Notes: a model not told the origin generated them from the sequence alone. A DNA stretch of 64,000 nucleotides from the human T2T-CHM13v2.0 reference genome, Homo sapiens (GCF_009914755.1 NC_060930.1), one strand, 5' to 3'; shown: positions 12,916-26,759, numbered from the stretch's first letter. Translations and numbers: made by a program.

Positions 12916-12920
12916 TACAT
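12732..12920. repeat. Compound (CA)n/(TA)n/(TG)n microsatellite
   Basis: Seen directly. Confidence 0.95.
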
Positions 12921-13752
12921 AAAACCTTAGGACAATTCTCTGGGTGGCCCTGGACCAATCCAATCCATTCTCATTTTTGCTTGTAGTTCTCAAGAATAAC
13001 TATATAATGTGCTGGAAACAGAAAATCTTGAGATAGGAAGGGACTGACTGGAATAGCCCAGGTTCTGTTCCAGTACCCCCAATAGGGTTTGAATGTTCAT
13101 GTCCCTCCAAAACTCATGTTGAAATCTCATCTCCACTGCAGTGTATTAAGAGGTGGGGCCTTGAGGAGGTGATTAGGTCAAGAGGGTTCCATGCTCATGA
13201 ATGGAATTAGTACCCTTACAAAAGAGACTTGAGGGAACCTTCCAATTGTACCTTCTACTTGTGAGAACACAGCAAGAAGGTGCCATCTTGGAAGTGGAGA
13301 GCAAGCCCTCAGAAGACACTGAAACTGCTGGTGCCTTGATTTTGGACTTCCCCATCTTCACAACAATAAGCAATAATTTTCTGTAGTTTATAAATTACCC
13401 AGTCTAAGCTATTTTGTTATCCCACCCCAAGCCAACTAAGAGACTCCCCTGGAAACAGAGAGTCCTTCAATGCTTTAGCCTTGAATCTCACATTGCCCTG
13501 GGATATAAAACCAAGAATGGGCTGCTTGTCAAGGTCTTTCAGCTGCCATGCAACTGGGACATGTACAGTAGAGGCTCCATCTATTCCAGGCAGATTTCCT
13601 GAGCCTTGGAAAACTGGCTTACAATAAATTCTAGGATTCTGTTGTTTTCGCTGCCTATCTGTAAGCAATAAACCCATTTAATGTAACTTGTTGTGTATAA
13701 GTATGATTTTTCTTACTGGACTCAGACAACCTGCACAGCGAACCTGCTTTAC
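12921..13752 (+). mobile_element. ERVL-class solo LTR (MER77-like), split by a MaLR LTR
   Basis: ggacaattctctgggtggcc...cttgtagttctcaagaataact; TATA-like gatataaaa near 13502, aataaa near 13667, ends in ...ctgctttaca. Confidence 0.7.
13081..13443 (+). mobile_element. MaLR LTR (MST-like)
   Basis: tttgaatg...ccaaaactcatgttgaaat...ttataaattacccagtct. Confidence 0.88.
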
Positions 13753-13996
13753 AATAACCAATAAACATGTGAAAGAGGCTCAGTATCATTAGTCACAAGG
13801 AAAATGGAAAATAAAGCCACAAGAAAATATCACTAGATACACATTAAAATGGATAAAATGCAAAATACTGAAAATACAAAATACTGCCAAGAATATTGAG
13901 TAACAGGAGTTCTTACACATCACTGGTAAGAATGAAAAATATATTATTTTAAGAACATTTTGAGAGTCTATGGAGTAAACATAAACTTAGCCAACA

Positions 13997-16900
13997 GTCT
14001 CTCAACTGGAATCTGCTTAAGCCTACCAAACTCCCGAGGGCAGGGTCGATCAGCACCGCAGCTGCCTACTGTCTAAGCTGTTTGAGCTCCTTGGGAGAGG
14101 AGCAGCAGCCAGCACTAGGACTCGCAACTGCCTAACGTACTAAGCTCCCTGGGCGAGGGAAGGGCAGCATCCATCTCTATAGCTCCAGACTGTGCTTTTC
14201 CCCTGCTGGAGCCAGAGAGGCTGGATGGCTTGGTCACAAGACTTGTTCCCCACAGCCCAACACACTGGCTGTGGCAGTCTTCCACCAGAATGCCTCTTCA
14301 GGCTTGACCCTGACCCATCCTTCCTCACTGGGTGGGGCTTCCCTGGAGGAACTCCAATGACTCCAACTAGAGGCTCAGGGACAGAAGCTGGATCTCCCTA
14401 GTCCTAAGCCCCTAAGGGGAGGGGTGGCTGCAGCCTCTGTGGACCAGCAGGCTTCGCCTTTCCTCCTGGTAGCTCTGAGGAATCCAGGCAGCCCAGATGA
14501 GTGGGTTTTCTCCCAACAAGGCACACACCCTCCACCAAGGGACAAAGTGCTTTGTAAAATGAGTCCTGTTCCCTATGCCAGCCAAATGGGTGAGACCCTT
14601 CAATAGGGGTTGTACAGGAATAATCCTACTAGCATCAGGTTGGTGCTCCTTGAGGTCAGAGGTCCCAGAAGAAGGAGTAGGCACTCATCTTTGCTGTTCT
14701 CTAGCCTCCTGGAGTGTCATCTCCAGGTGTGGGAAATAATCAGATGAATAGGGCCTGAAGTGAACACCCAGCAAAGTGCAGCAGCCCTACAGAAGAGGGA
14801 CCTGACTGTTGAAAGAAAAACAAGCAGGAAGCAACAACAACAGCATCAATGACAACAAAAAAAGCACTCACAAAAACCCCATCCAAGGGTCAGCAGCCTT
14901 GAATACCAAAACTGGACAAACTCATGAAGATGAGAAAGAATCAATAAAAATATGCTGAAAATCCAAAAGGTCAGAGTGCCTCTTCTCCTCCAAATGATTG
15001 CAACATCGCTCCATCAAGGGTGCAGAACTAGATGGAGGATCAGATGGATGAATTGACAGAAGCAGGCTTCAGAAGATGGGTAATAAAAACTATGCTGGGC
15101 TAAAGAAGCATGTTCTAACCCAATGCAAAGAAGCTAAGAACCTTCATAAAAGGTTGAGGAACTGCTAACAAGAATAATCAGTTTAGAGAGGAATATTAAT
15201 GACTTGATGAAGCTGAAAAATACAGCACGAGAATTTCATGAAGCATACACAAATATCAACAGCCGAATCAACCAAGCAGAAGAAAAGATATCAGAGTTTG
15301 AAGGCCACCTTGCTGAAATAAGGCATGCAGACAAGACTAGAGAAAAAAGAATGAAAAGGAATGAACAAAGCCTCCAAGAAATATAGGACTTCATAAAAAG
15401 ACCTAACCTATGACTCATTGGAGTACCAGAAGGAGATGGGGAAAATGGAAACAAGCTGGAAAACATGCTTCGGGATATTATCCGGGAGAACTTCCCCAAC
15501 CTAAAAGACAGGCCAACATGCAAATCAGGAAATACAGAGAACACCATTAAGATACTCCACGAGAAGATCAACCCCAAGACACATAATAATCAGATTCTCC
15601 AAGGTCAAAATGGAGGACAAACTGTTAAGGGCAGCCAGAGAGAAAGGCCAGGTCACCTACAAAGGGAAGCCCATCAGACTAACAGTGGACCTCTCAGCAG
15701 AAACTCTACAAGCCAGAAGAGATTGGGGGCCAATATTCAACATTCTTAAAGAAAAGAATTTTCAACCCAGAATTTCATATCCAGCAAAACTAAGCTTTTT
15801 AAGTGAAGGAGAAATAAAATCCTTTTCAGACAAGCAAATGCTGAGGGATTTTGATACTACCAGGCCTGCCCTGGAAGAGCTCCTGAAAGAAGCACTAAAT
15901 ATGGAAAGGAAAAACTCGTACCAGCCACTGCAAAAACATACCAAATTGTAAAGACCAATGACACTATGAAGAAACTGCATCAACTAGTGTGCAAAATCAT
16001 CAAATAGCAGCATGATGACAGGATCAAATTATCAAATTCACACATAACAATACTAACCTTAAATGTAAATGGGCTAAAGGCCCCAATTAAAAGACACAGA
16101 TTGGCAAGCTGGATAGAGTCAAGACCCATCAGTGTGCTATATTCAGGAGACGCATCTCACGTGCAGAGACACACATAGGCTCAAAATAAAGGGATAGAAG
16201 AAAATTTACCAAGCAAATTGAAAGAAAAAAAAAGCAGGGGTTGCAATCCTAGTCTCTGACAAAATAGACTTTAGACCAACAGAGATCAAAAAAGACAAAG
16301 AATGGCATTACGTAATGGTAAGGGGAAAAATTCAACAAGAAGAGCTAACTATTCTAAATATATATGCACTCAATACAGGAGCACCCAGATTCATAAAACA
16401 AGTTCTTAGAGACCTACAAAGAGACTTAGACTCCCACACAATAATAGTGGGAGACTTTAACACCCCAATGTCAGTATTAGACAGAAAAACAAGACAGAAA
16501 ATTAACAAGGATATTCAGGACTTGAAATCAGCTCTGGATCAAGTGGACCTAGTAGACGTCTACCGAACTGTCTACCTGAAATCAACAAAACATACATTCT
16601 TCTCAGTGCCACATGGCACTTATTCTAAAATCGACCACATAATTGGAAGTAAAACACTTCTCGGCAAATGCAAAAGAACTGAAGTCATTAAACAAACAGT
16701 CTCTCAGACCACAGTGCAGTCAAATTAGAACTCAGGATTAACAAACTCACTCAAAACCATACAATTAATGGAAATCGAACAACCTGGTCCTGAATGACTC
16801 CTGAGTAAATAATGAAATTAAGACAGAAATCAAGTTCTTTGAAACCAATGAGAACAAAGAGACAACGTACCAGAATCTCTGGGACACAGCTAAAGCAGTG

Positions 16901-19900
16901 TCAAGAAGGAAATTTATAGCACTAAATCCCCACATCAGAAAGCTAGAAAGATCTCAAATCAACACCTTAACATCACAGTTAAAAGAGATAGAGAGGCAAG
17001 AGAAAACTAATCCAAAAGCTAGCAGAAGACAAGAAATAACTAAAATCAGAAAAGAATTGATGGAGATAGAAACAGGAAAAACTCTCAAAAAAATCAATGA
17101 ATCCAGGAAGTGGTTTTTTGAAAAAAAAAAAATAACAAAATAGATAGATCACTAGCTAGAAAATAAAGAGGAAAAGAGAGAAGAATCAAATAGACACAAT
17201 AAAAAAATGACAAAGGGGATGTCACCAATGGCCCCACAGAAATACAAACTACCATCAGAGAATATAAACACCTCTATGCAAATAAACTAGAAAATCTAGA
17301 AGAAATGGGTAAGTTCCTGGACACATACACCTTCCCAAGACTAAACCAGGAAGAAGTTGAATCCCTGAATAGACCAATAACAAGTTCTGAAGTTGAGGCA
17401 GTAATTAATAGCCTACTAACAAAAAGAAGCCCAGGAACAGATGGATTCACAGCTGAATTCTACCAGAAATACAAAGAGGAACTGTTACCATTCCTTCTGA
17501 AACTATTCCAAATAATTGAAAAAGAGGGACTCCTCCCTAACTCATTTTATGAAGCCAGCATCATCTTGATACCAAAACCGGGAAGAGACACAACAAAAAA
17601 AGAAAACTTCAGGCCAATATTCCTTATGAACATCGATGCGAAAATACACAATAAAATACTGGCAAACCAAATCCAGCAGCACATCAAAAAACTTATCCAC
17701 CACAATCAAGTCGGCTTCATCCCTGGGATACAAGGCAGGTTCAACCCATGCAAATCAATAAACATAATCCATCACATAAACAGAATCAAAGTCAAAAACC
17801 ACATGATTATCTCAATAGACGCACAAAAGGCCTTTGATAAAATTCAACATCCCTTCATGTTGAAAACTCTCAATAAACAAGGTATTGATGGAAATATCTC
17901 AAAATAATAAGAGCTATTTATGTCAATGCCACAGCCAGTACCATATTGAATGGGCAAAAGCTGGAAGCATTCCCTTTGAAAACTGGTACAAGACAAGGAT
18001 GCCCTCTCTCACCACTCCTGTTCAACATAGTATTGGATATTTTGGCCAGGGCAATCAGGCAATAGAAAGAAACAAAGAGTATTTAAATAGGAAGAGAGGA
18101 AGTCAAATTATCTCTGTTTGCAGATGACATAATTTTATATTTAGAAAACCCCATCATCTCAGCCCCAAGACTTCTTAAACTGATAAGCATCTTCAGCAAA
18201 GTCTCAGGATACAAAATCAATGTGCAAAAATCACAAGCATTCCTTTACACCAACAATAGACAAGCAGAGAGCCAAATCATGAATGAACTTCCATTCACAA
18301 TTGCTACAAAGAGAATAAAATACCTAGGAATACAGCTAACAAGGGATGTGAAGGACCTCTTTAAGGAGAACTATCAACCACTGCTCAAGGAAATAAAAGA
18401 GTACAAAAATAAATGGAAAAACATTCCATTTTCATGGATAGGTAGAATCAATATCATGAAAATGGTCATACTGCCCAACGTAATTTATAGATTCAACGCT
18501 ATTTCCATCAAACTACCATTGACATTCTTTACAGAATTAGCAACAACTATTTTAAATTTCATATGGAATCAAAGAAGACTCTGTATAGCTAAGACAATCC
18601 TAAGCAAAAAGAACAAAGCTGGAGGCATCACACTACCTGACTTCAAACTATACTACAAGGCTACAGTAACTAAAACAGCATGATACTGGTGCAAAAACAG
18701 ACATGGAGCAGAACAAAGACCTCAGAAATAACACCACACATCTACAACCATTAACAAACTTGACAAAAACAAGCAATGGGGAAAGGATCTCCTATTAACT
18801 AAATGGTGCTGGGAAAACTGCTTAGCCATAGGCTGAAAACCAAAACTGAACCCCTTCCTTACACCTTATACACAAATTAACTCAGATGGATTAAAGACTT
18901 AAGTGTAAAACTGCAAACCATAGAAACCCTAGAAGAAAACCTAGGCAATACCATTCAGGACATAGGCATGGGCAAAGACTTCATGACAAAAACGCCAAAA
19001 GCAATTGCAACAAATGCCAAAATTGACAAATGGGATCTAATTAAACTAAAGAACTTCTGCACAGCAAAAGAAACTATCATCAGATCAAAGAGACAACCTA
19101 CAGAATGGGAGAAAATTTTTGTAATCTACCCATCCAACAAAGATCTAATATCCAGAACTTACAAGGAACTTAAACAAATTTACAAGAAAAAAACAATCCC
19201 ATTAAAAAGTCAGCAAAGGATATGAACAGACACTTCTCAAAAGAAGACATTTATGTGGCCAAGAAATATGAAAAAACTCAACATCACTGATCATCGGAGA
19301 AATGCAAACCAAAACCACAAAGAGATACCATCTCATTCCAGTCAGAATGGCAATTATTAAAAAGTCAGGTAACAACAGATGCTGGCGAGTCTGTGGAGAA
19401 ATAGGAATGCTTTTACACTGTTGGTCGGAATGTAAATTATTTCCACCACTACGGAAGACAGTATGGCAATTCTTCAAGGATCTAGAACCAGAAATACCAT
19501 TTGACCCAGCAATATCCCATTCTTGGTATATACCCAAAAGAATATAAATCATTCTACTATAAAGACACATGCACTTGTATGTTTATTGCAGCACTATTTA
19601 CAATAGCAAAGCCATGGAACCAACCCAAATGCCCATCAGTAATAGACTGGATACAGAAAATGTGGTACATATACACTATGGAATACTATGATGCCACAAA
19701 AAGGAATGAGATCATGTCCTTTGAAGGGACATGGATGAAGATGGAAGCCAATGTCCTCAGTGAACTGACACAGGAACAGAAAACCAAACACCACATACTG
19801 TCACTCGTAAGTGGGAGTTGAACAATGAGAACGCACGGACACAGAGAGGGGAGCAACACACACCAGGGCCTGTTGGGGGATGGGGGGTGAAGGGAGGGAA

Positions 19901-20032
19901 TATAGAAGATGGGCCAATAAGTGCAGCAAACCACCATGGCACTCGTATACCTATGTAACAAAGCTGCACATTCTGCACATGTATCCCGTTTTTTGTTTGT
20001 TTGTTTGTTTAGAATAAATAAATAAATAAAAA
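13997..20032 (+). mobile_element. Near full-length inactive LINE-1 (L1PA8/PA8A-like), antisense to MOXD1 in intron 10
   Basis: GC-richer 5' UTR; ORF1 fragments (15204-15951); ORF2 EN/RT fragments (16315-19547) broken by stops and frameshifts, including an 8-bp atcaaatt duplication at 16023-16038 just after the ORF2 ATG; 3' end gtatcccgttttt...aataaataaataaa. Confidence 0.95.
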
Positions 20033-20039
20033 CACTTTG

Positions 20040-20960
20040 TGTTCCAGGAAAACTTAATTCAGATGCTCAACACTAAAGTGTATTCAATTGAACTTATGAA
20101 TCCTACAAGTAAAGGAAAAATTCCTCCATTCGTCCAGAGAGATCTCCCAAGGGAAAGAAATATGACCCTAAAATATCATATCCAGCCAAACTGCTATCCA
20201 AATAAAAGAGTAGAAATTCCCAAATTGAAAGAACTTGAGGCATAAGGCACTCAGAAGCCCTTACTGATTAAACAACTTGAAGATAAAATCCTAATGACTC
20301 AAATTTAAAAACTCATTAATGTAGAAATCATAAAGATTAGGGTTATCATTGAATTGATTTATCTAATCAAGTCATGTTAAATATTCTGGGAATTATAGTT
20401 TCATAATTAAGTGTAAACATTAAAAATCTTGAAAATATAATAATTATAATATAAATAATAAATACTTGGTGGTTTAGAAAGCAGAAGTGGGAAAAATATG
20501 AAAGTATAAACGTCTCCATCTTTCATGACCTAAAATTGAAACATACAGTGAATCTAACAACTTGATGATTTTATGATCTATTTTGTCAACATTCGAGACC
20601 CTCTTCATAAAATATTATTTCTTGTGCTTAAAACAACACCAACAACATTTATTTGAACTTCAACAAATGTTCAGTTTTACTTTAGTTTCTTTCTAATAAG
20701 TTAAAACAAAATTAAAATTCAATGGTTTTTCAAAAATAGTGCATAAATTGTAATCTTGTAACAGTATTTAATCAATTCATTTTATATAAATATATACATA
20801 TTAAGATGTTTATAATAACATTCATTCAACATGTTAGCAATGTTTATGTTGAGTAGAATTTGAGGTGGTTGCTTTTGCCTTCTTTATAACAACTTGTTCT
20901 GCATTACCTGAACTCTTTATAATAAGCACGTGTGAGTTTTAAATAGGAAAAACATAAAGT
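20040..20960 (+). mobile_element. HAL1/old L1-like fragment
   Basis: gaccctaaaatatcatatccagccaaactg...aagaacttgagg ORF1-like decay. Confidence 0.5.
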
Positions 20961-22189
20961 GATTTTTCTGCAAAGAGGAAGAGAAACAGCTATTGATGCT
21001 TTTTTAGGAACAGAACCAATAACACAGGAACTATCCATTACTTACATCTCACCAGACCTGCATATTCAGTCTTGATTTATGGTACAACAGGGAATACACA
21101 ATTTATCTAAACTCATTATCTATTTTGTTGTTTGATCTTTGTGAGTTTTTTGTTTTTCCTTAAGACTTGCCAGATCTGTAGGAGGCAGACAGAAATAGCA
21201 CCCCCGAGAACAGACAATAAAATTGAGACAAGACATAGTTGTCTCATTTTTTCTATCAATCCTTCCTAGGATTGCTATAGAATGTTTAAAATAAAATATA
21301 GAACCTGATTAATCATTATATGAAAAGCACAGAATAGAAGAGTTTTGTTCATATGTTATATGATATTCCTTTTTAGTATTATATGCTGAATACCAATTGG
21401 TAATATTCTTCTAAGCAAAACAGAAAAAAAGCACCTAAGCCATTTTTTGTTCTGATGTTTGAGCCAGCACCTTGTTAGTTTGGCCTTCACTATCACTTAT
21501 GTCACTGTGGTGATGAACTAGATTTAATGTCTAATTTAAAGTCTAAACATGTATTTTTAAATAGAGGCTCTTTTGTGCTCATATTTTTGAGGAATAAATT
21601 TAACCATGAAGTTAAATGGGTTTTGTCCTTTTTTTTTTTCTTTTTTCTTTTTTTTGGCAGGGGAGAATGACATCTCAAAACTAGCCTTGTTCTGTAAAGC
21701 AATTCTCCCTGTCTTTCCAAATTATGAAAACCCAACTTGAGTATTTCCTGAGGGAGACCAAAGGTATGGACACTGGTGGAGCTCATTGGGAAACAGGAGA
21801 GCCGAACATTTTTAGAGGCTTCATACCATTTAAACTTAAAAAAAAAAAATAGGCCATAGAATGCATTTAAATCATCTTGCAAACATACAGCTTTTAATAT
21901 CCATTTGTTTTTAACATTCTCTCAAATTAACCATCGATTAGAAAATTTCCATTCAATATGTAAAAAATATTCTAAATGAGAAAAAGACTACTCAAGGCTA
22001 AGTAAGGAACAATATAACATCAATATTTGAAAACCAAGACTACATCCTAGTGTTTTTAAAATGATATTTTATGTGATGCTTGGATTTTTGTTGTTTTAAT
22101 TTGTTTACATATGTAATTATTTACTTGTTATATATTTATGTATATTTATATATTGGCCTATATGTGCATGTTGTATGGGGAGAAAGAGA

Positions 22190-22380
22190 TCAGAGACTAG
22201 ATGCAAACCCCAACTCTCCCTTTTATTATGTACTATATAATGTTGAATAATTTCTTAATCTCTTGGTTTCTATTTCCTCCCCTATAAAACCGGGATTGCA
22301 TGTCTTGCTCTACCTGTTGGAATTGTGTAAAAATGAATTATAAAATCATGCATATGAAAATACTTAGTAAACTATAAACC
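22190..22380 (+). mobile_element. MIR fragment
   Basis: ttcttaatctcttggtttctatttcctcccctataaaa core. Confidence 0.55.
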
Positions 22381-22661
22381 AATTTATGTAAGCATTTTGT
22401 TATTTGTATTTTATTAGATATAGGCATTTCTTCTAGTGGTCATTTTGCTGTTTGCAAAAAAATTCAGTAAAACCTATCTATGAATCATAAATTTAATTCA
22501 AAAAGAGGAGTGGGTCTCAGTTCATAATTTATAATCCTGTAATATTTAGGCACAAAAACTTGACCATATTTCTATTCTCCTTCATCATCTGCATTTTACC
22601 ATATCCTCACTGAATGTTTTTTCACTCTCTCCTTAAATACATGTCTCAAAACTCTATGTGT

Positions 22662-22978
<317 letters not shown>

Positions 22979-23139
22979 CTATGTGTATATTTTCTCTAAT
23001 TACATAATTACGTCAGTCCCTTTCATTTTGAATAGTAGTGATCATTAGAAAATTCTTCTCTATATTAAAACAAATTCAGCCATCCCCAAATTTCCACCAG
23101 CCATTCTAATTCTTCTCACTGACATCAGTAAGAATAGAT

Positions 23140-23930
23140 ACATCAACCTTAATATATCCAAAACAGAATTCTCAATATCATCCTCAGCATGTTCCCCTAA
23201 CACCATTCACACCATCACTGAGCCTTTACTCTGCTCTATCCCTCACTGCCTCCATGAGATGCCATTGATCAACAAGCCTGTGGGTGCTCCTTTCAAAAAG
23301 TAACCTGAATGGAATGTGTCTCATCAACTTGGTGTCACCACCTTGGCACAAGTGACCTTCATCCCTCAACTAGACAATCACAATAGTTTCCTGATTGATA
23401 TTCCTTCCAGTCTAGCCCTCCTAGAGTCCTTTCCCAGTATAGTAGCCAAATTGACTTTATTTATATCCTTTAATTGCTTCCCTTTGCACTTAAAGCCCCA
23501 AGGCCTTATGTTGCCCATAAAGTCCTAAATCATCTGGTCCCACCTGCTCTCATGTGTCCTCACTTATTCTCTACCATACTTCACTCTTCTGCAGCCAAAT
23601 GCACTCTCTTGCTGCTCCACAAACACGGTAGGTTCAGACTAACCACAGGGTCATTCATTACACTGGCTCTTTCCTGTGCAGAATTTGCATATCTCTATAG
23701 CTGGCTCCTTATCACGGAGGTCGCTGCTCAGATATCACCAACCCAGAGAGGCTTTCTTTATCCTGTTGACAACAACTACATACTTCCTTCACTGTTTTGT
23801 CTTCATAACATCTATTACTATTTAAAATATCTTTTTTTGTTTATTACCTCTCCCTCACTCCAGAATACAATCTCAAGAGGGCAAGGAAAATATGAATCTT
23901 GTTTATTATATCTTAAATAGCTCCTATAAT
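23140..23930 (+). mobile_element. L2 3' fragment
   Basis: ccttaatatatccaaaacagaattc...gctcagatatcacc...cagagaggctttc...gagggcaagga. Confidence 0.7.
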
Positions 23931-24503
23931 TGTACCGAAAGAGAACAATTATACCTAAAGAGTTAACATAATAGGCCCACCTCAGAAAGGCCTGCTTGCA
24001 AGGATAATCCTTGGCAGGTGCCTGGAAACTTAAATAGTAAACGATTTCCTATATTGACATAAACTTTCTCTAATGATAAGAGTGACTCATTGTGCCTATA
24101 CTGTGCAAACAATGCAGTTTATGCTGAACAACTGCTTTCCATCTGGAAGTATGGAATTTTAGTAAGTGGTAGGCAGAGACCACCTATATGACTAGTTCCT
24201 CCAAAAAACTCTGGGCACTGAATCTGTGATGAGCTTCTCCAATAGACAACATTCCATACATGTTGTCACAATTTGATGATGGTGTAATTTGGTGCATTCT
24301 GTGTGACTCCACTGGAAGAGGGCTCTTGGAAGCTTGCGCCTGGTTTCCTCTAGACTTTGCTTCATGTAGCTTTTCCTTTTGTTCTTTCTGCTTTGCATGC
24401 TTTCACCATATTCATGTTTTCCATGAATACAACTATTTGCTGAGTACTGTAGGTACTCCTTGCAAATCACAGAACCTGAGGGTGGTCTTGGGGACTCTGG
24501 ACA
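23931..24503 (+). mobile_element. ERVL solo LTR (MER68-like)
   Basis: TG...CA ends; aaagagttaacata, agaaaggcctgcttgcaagg, aacctgagggtggtcttgggga. Confidence 0.8.
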
Positions 24504-24664
24504 TAGTAATCAAAAAGGTTACTTGGTCTCCCCAGTTAAAAGTAATCAAATAGAACAAACAGTGCATAAAAATTTCTATAATGTGGTAATGGATCCAGTA
24601 TGACAATAAAGCCCATCTTTCTCTGAAATACGTTACCCCATCATAAAATACATTTACTACTTAC

Positions 24665-24807
24665 GTGACTGGTCTGTAGATCTCCTTAACCCCAATGAAC
24701 TGAAGTTGTTCCATAATGTCTGGAATACTTGCACATCGAGTAAGATTAATTCTTGGGTAATAAAGAAGGTATGAGAGACACATTTCACTCCTGGTGCTTA
24801 GTCCTCC
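24665..24807 (-). CDS. MOXD1: MOXD1 coding exon 10 (143 nt): GGLSTRSEMCLSYLLYYPRINLTRCASIPDIMEQLQFIGVKEIYRPV(T); EMC motif with the CuM Met
   Basis: Translated by hand; EMC...YYP motif. Acceptor ct at 24808-24809, donor GTAAGT (ac at 24663-24664). Confidence 0.96.
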
Positions 24808-25269
24808 CTGAAAACAGATAGTTTATTTAGCAAAGTATGTGTTCTACCAACTTTGACATTTAAAGCACACAAGTCATTAATGTCATACAGTTCCTTCCAA
24901 TATTAAAATTTAATACATCTTAAAGCTGAAAAGTTAAAAAACTGGCTTTTTAGAAAGGTAGTGACACAATTAAAAATTAATAGAATTATTTCCACTTTAA
25001 AAATTTGCCTTTCTTAAATAACCTAATAAATTCTGCGGATGGGATGTAAACTTCTCAACACAGTGAACATTTCAGAGAATCATAAGGATGTTTGGTTAGC
25101 ATAATACCAATCAATCAGGAATTTTTGCAGGAAATTTTTCTGATTTAATTGAATTTTCTAGAATCTTGTCTTCATGTGTATAAACATTAGCAGCTGCATA
25201 CGACGGGGAGAAAGATTTCATATTTTGAATCTAGGTAGTTAATTATCTACTAAAATTTGGAAAAAGATT

Positions 25270-26255
25270 AAAGACCTTCAAAAGAACAGAATCCAGAGTT
25301 ACTACAACATATTATCTAATATGTCTAATTTCAACCAAAAATTATTAAGTGGGAAAAGAAACAGGAAATTATTATCTACCTTCAATGGAGAAAAGTCAGT
25401 AGAAATGGATTGTAAGATTGATGTGCTGGATTTATCAGACAATGACTTGAAAACAGATAAAAATATGTTCAATAAAGCCGTTTTACAAAGTGTTCAAAGA
25501 GTTAAAGAAAAACATGCTCAAGTAGTTAAAGGCAAATGTCTCAAAAATGAGTGAACAGAAAAAGGAATGACATTAGGAAAGAAGAACAATTTTAAAAATA
25601 GAAATTCTAGAGCTGAGAGGTACCAAAACGAAATAAAAACTTCACAGGATAAGCTCAACAGCAAGTTTCAAATGAGCAAGGAAAATATCAGTGAACTTGA
25701 AGATTAATCAATAGAAATTGTCCTATTCAAATAACAGAGAGATAAAAGACTAAAGAAAAGTGAAAATACTTCAGAGATCTATGGGACAACATTAAATGTT
25801 CTAGCATTTATGTCTAACATATATGTTTTCATGTATGTTAAATACATGTAACTGGAGTTCTAGAATGAGAGGAAGAAGACAAAAAGGTAGAAAAAATATT
25901 CAAAGGAATAATGCCTGAAATAATCCCCAATTTAATGAAAAACATTAACTTACAGACCCAAGAAGCTCAACAAAAACCAAATGTAAATACAAAAAGAGCC
26001 ATACCTAGACACATCACAGTCATACTGCTGAAAACCAAAGATAAGAAAAAATCTTGAAAGGAGCAAGAGAAAAATGACACATCATATATAGGTGAACAAG
26101 AATACAATTGACAGCTGACATTTCATCATAAATGATGGAAATAACAAAAAGATATTGAATTATATATTCACAAGTGTTGCAAAGGAAACAAAGCAACTGC
26201 CAACCAAGAATTCTGTATCCAGCAAAATCCAGCTTTCGAAAACAAAGGTGAAAAA
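25270..26255 (+). mobile_element. Old L1M ORF1-region fragment
   Basis: aactggagttctagaatgagagg...acagacccaagaagctcaac...caaccaagaattctgtatccagcaaaa. Confidence 0.8.
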
Positions 26256-26339
26256 CTTAATATTGTTTATATTCTAAATTAACCTAGGGGCTGATATACA
26301 ATGATTTTACTAATTGCAAAAACATGATGTTTTGCACTT

Positions 26340-26695
26340 GATGAGCAAGGCAGGATTAGGCAAAGGAAGATGCTGATGTGCAAATGAAGTTGCATTTGAT
26401 GCCTCAGTAAATATTGTATTTAATTTATCCTTAAGTTAGGATGGCTGTTCAGAGTTGTACCAAATTGTAGAAGGAAAGCTGGGCCTTTGCAGCATCTTAT
26501 CAACTAGTCATTGACTGCTGGCTCTCCTACTGTAGGGAGTAAAATTTTAAGAAGTTATTTTCTAATACCAAGGGGAATGTCCAGTGAGGTACACAGCTGT
26601 GAGCTATCATATTATCATCTGACATTCCCAGTGGCTGAGGTTTGGTTGTGTTGGCCCTGAAGAGGGTATCAAGACAGTGCACCAAAATACCCACT
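26340..26695 (-). mobile_element. Old ERVL LTR (LTR16-like)
   Basis: gcaggattaggcaaaggaaga...gctgggccttt...agtcattgac pattern. Confidence 0.5.
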
Positions 26696-26759
26696 ATAAT
26701 AATAACTCATTTATTATGTCTTTAGTAAAATAATATTTCAACAACAAAAATTATACATA

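Larger units (their letters stand above)
10767..13995 (+). mobile_element. Fragmented old L1M; host of nested insertions at 12403-13752
   Basis: ORF2-like DNA at 11530-12400 (ccatgttcatagattagaagactcaatattgttaag) resumes at ~13753 (aataaacatgtgaaaga...cattagtca). Confidence 0.75.

Noticed and set aside
12590-12993. 110-aa ORFs on both strands
   Set aside because: Stop-free only because they read through dinucleotide microsatellites.
14140-14684. Antisense ORFs in the L1 5' UTR as possible ORF0
   Set aside because: The translations do not resemble the ORF0 peptide as I recall it (MAGAPPPASLPP...).
15204-19821. Long plus-strand ORFs (up to 200 aa) with endonuclease/RT similarity
   Set aside because: Fragments of a dead L1 ORF1/ORF2 with many stops and frameshifts; not a host gene or an active element.
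21502-21882. 126-aa minus-strand ORF in intron 10
   Set aside because: Contains poly-K/F from homopolymer runs and shows no homology or exon signals I can support.
23474-23920. 148-aa plus-strand ORF
   Set aside because: Lies in a decayed L2; no recognisable domain or splice context.
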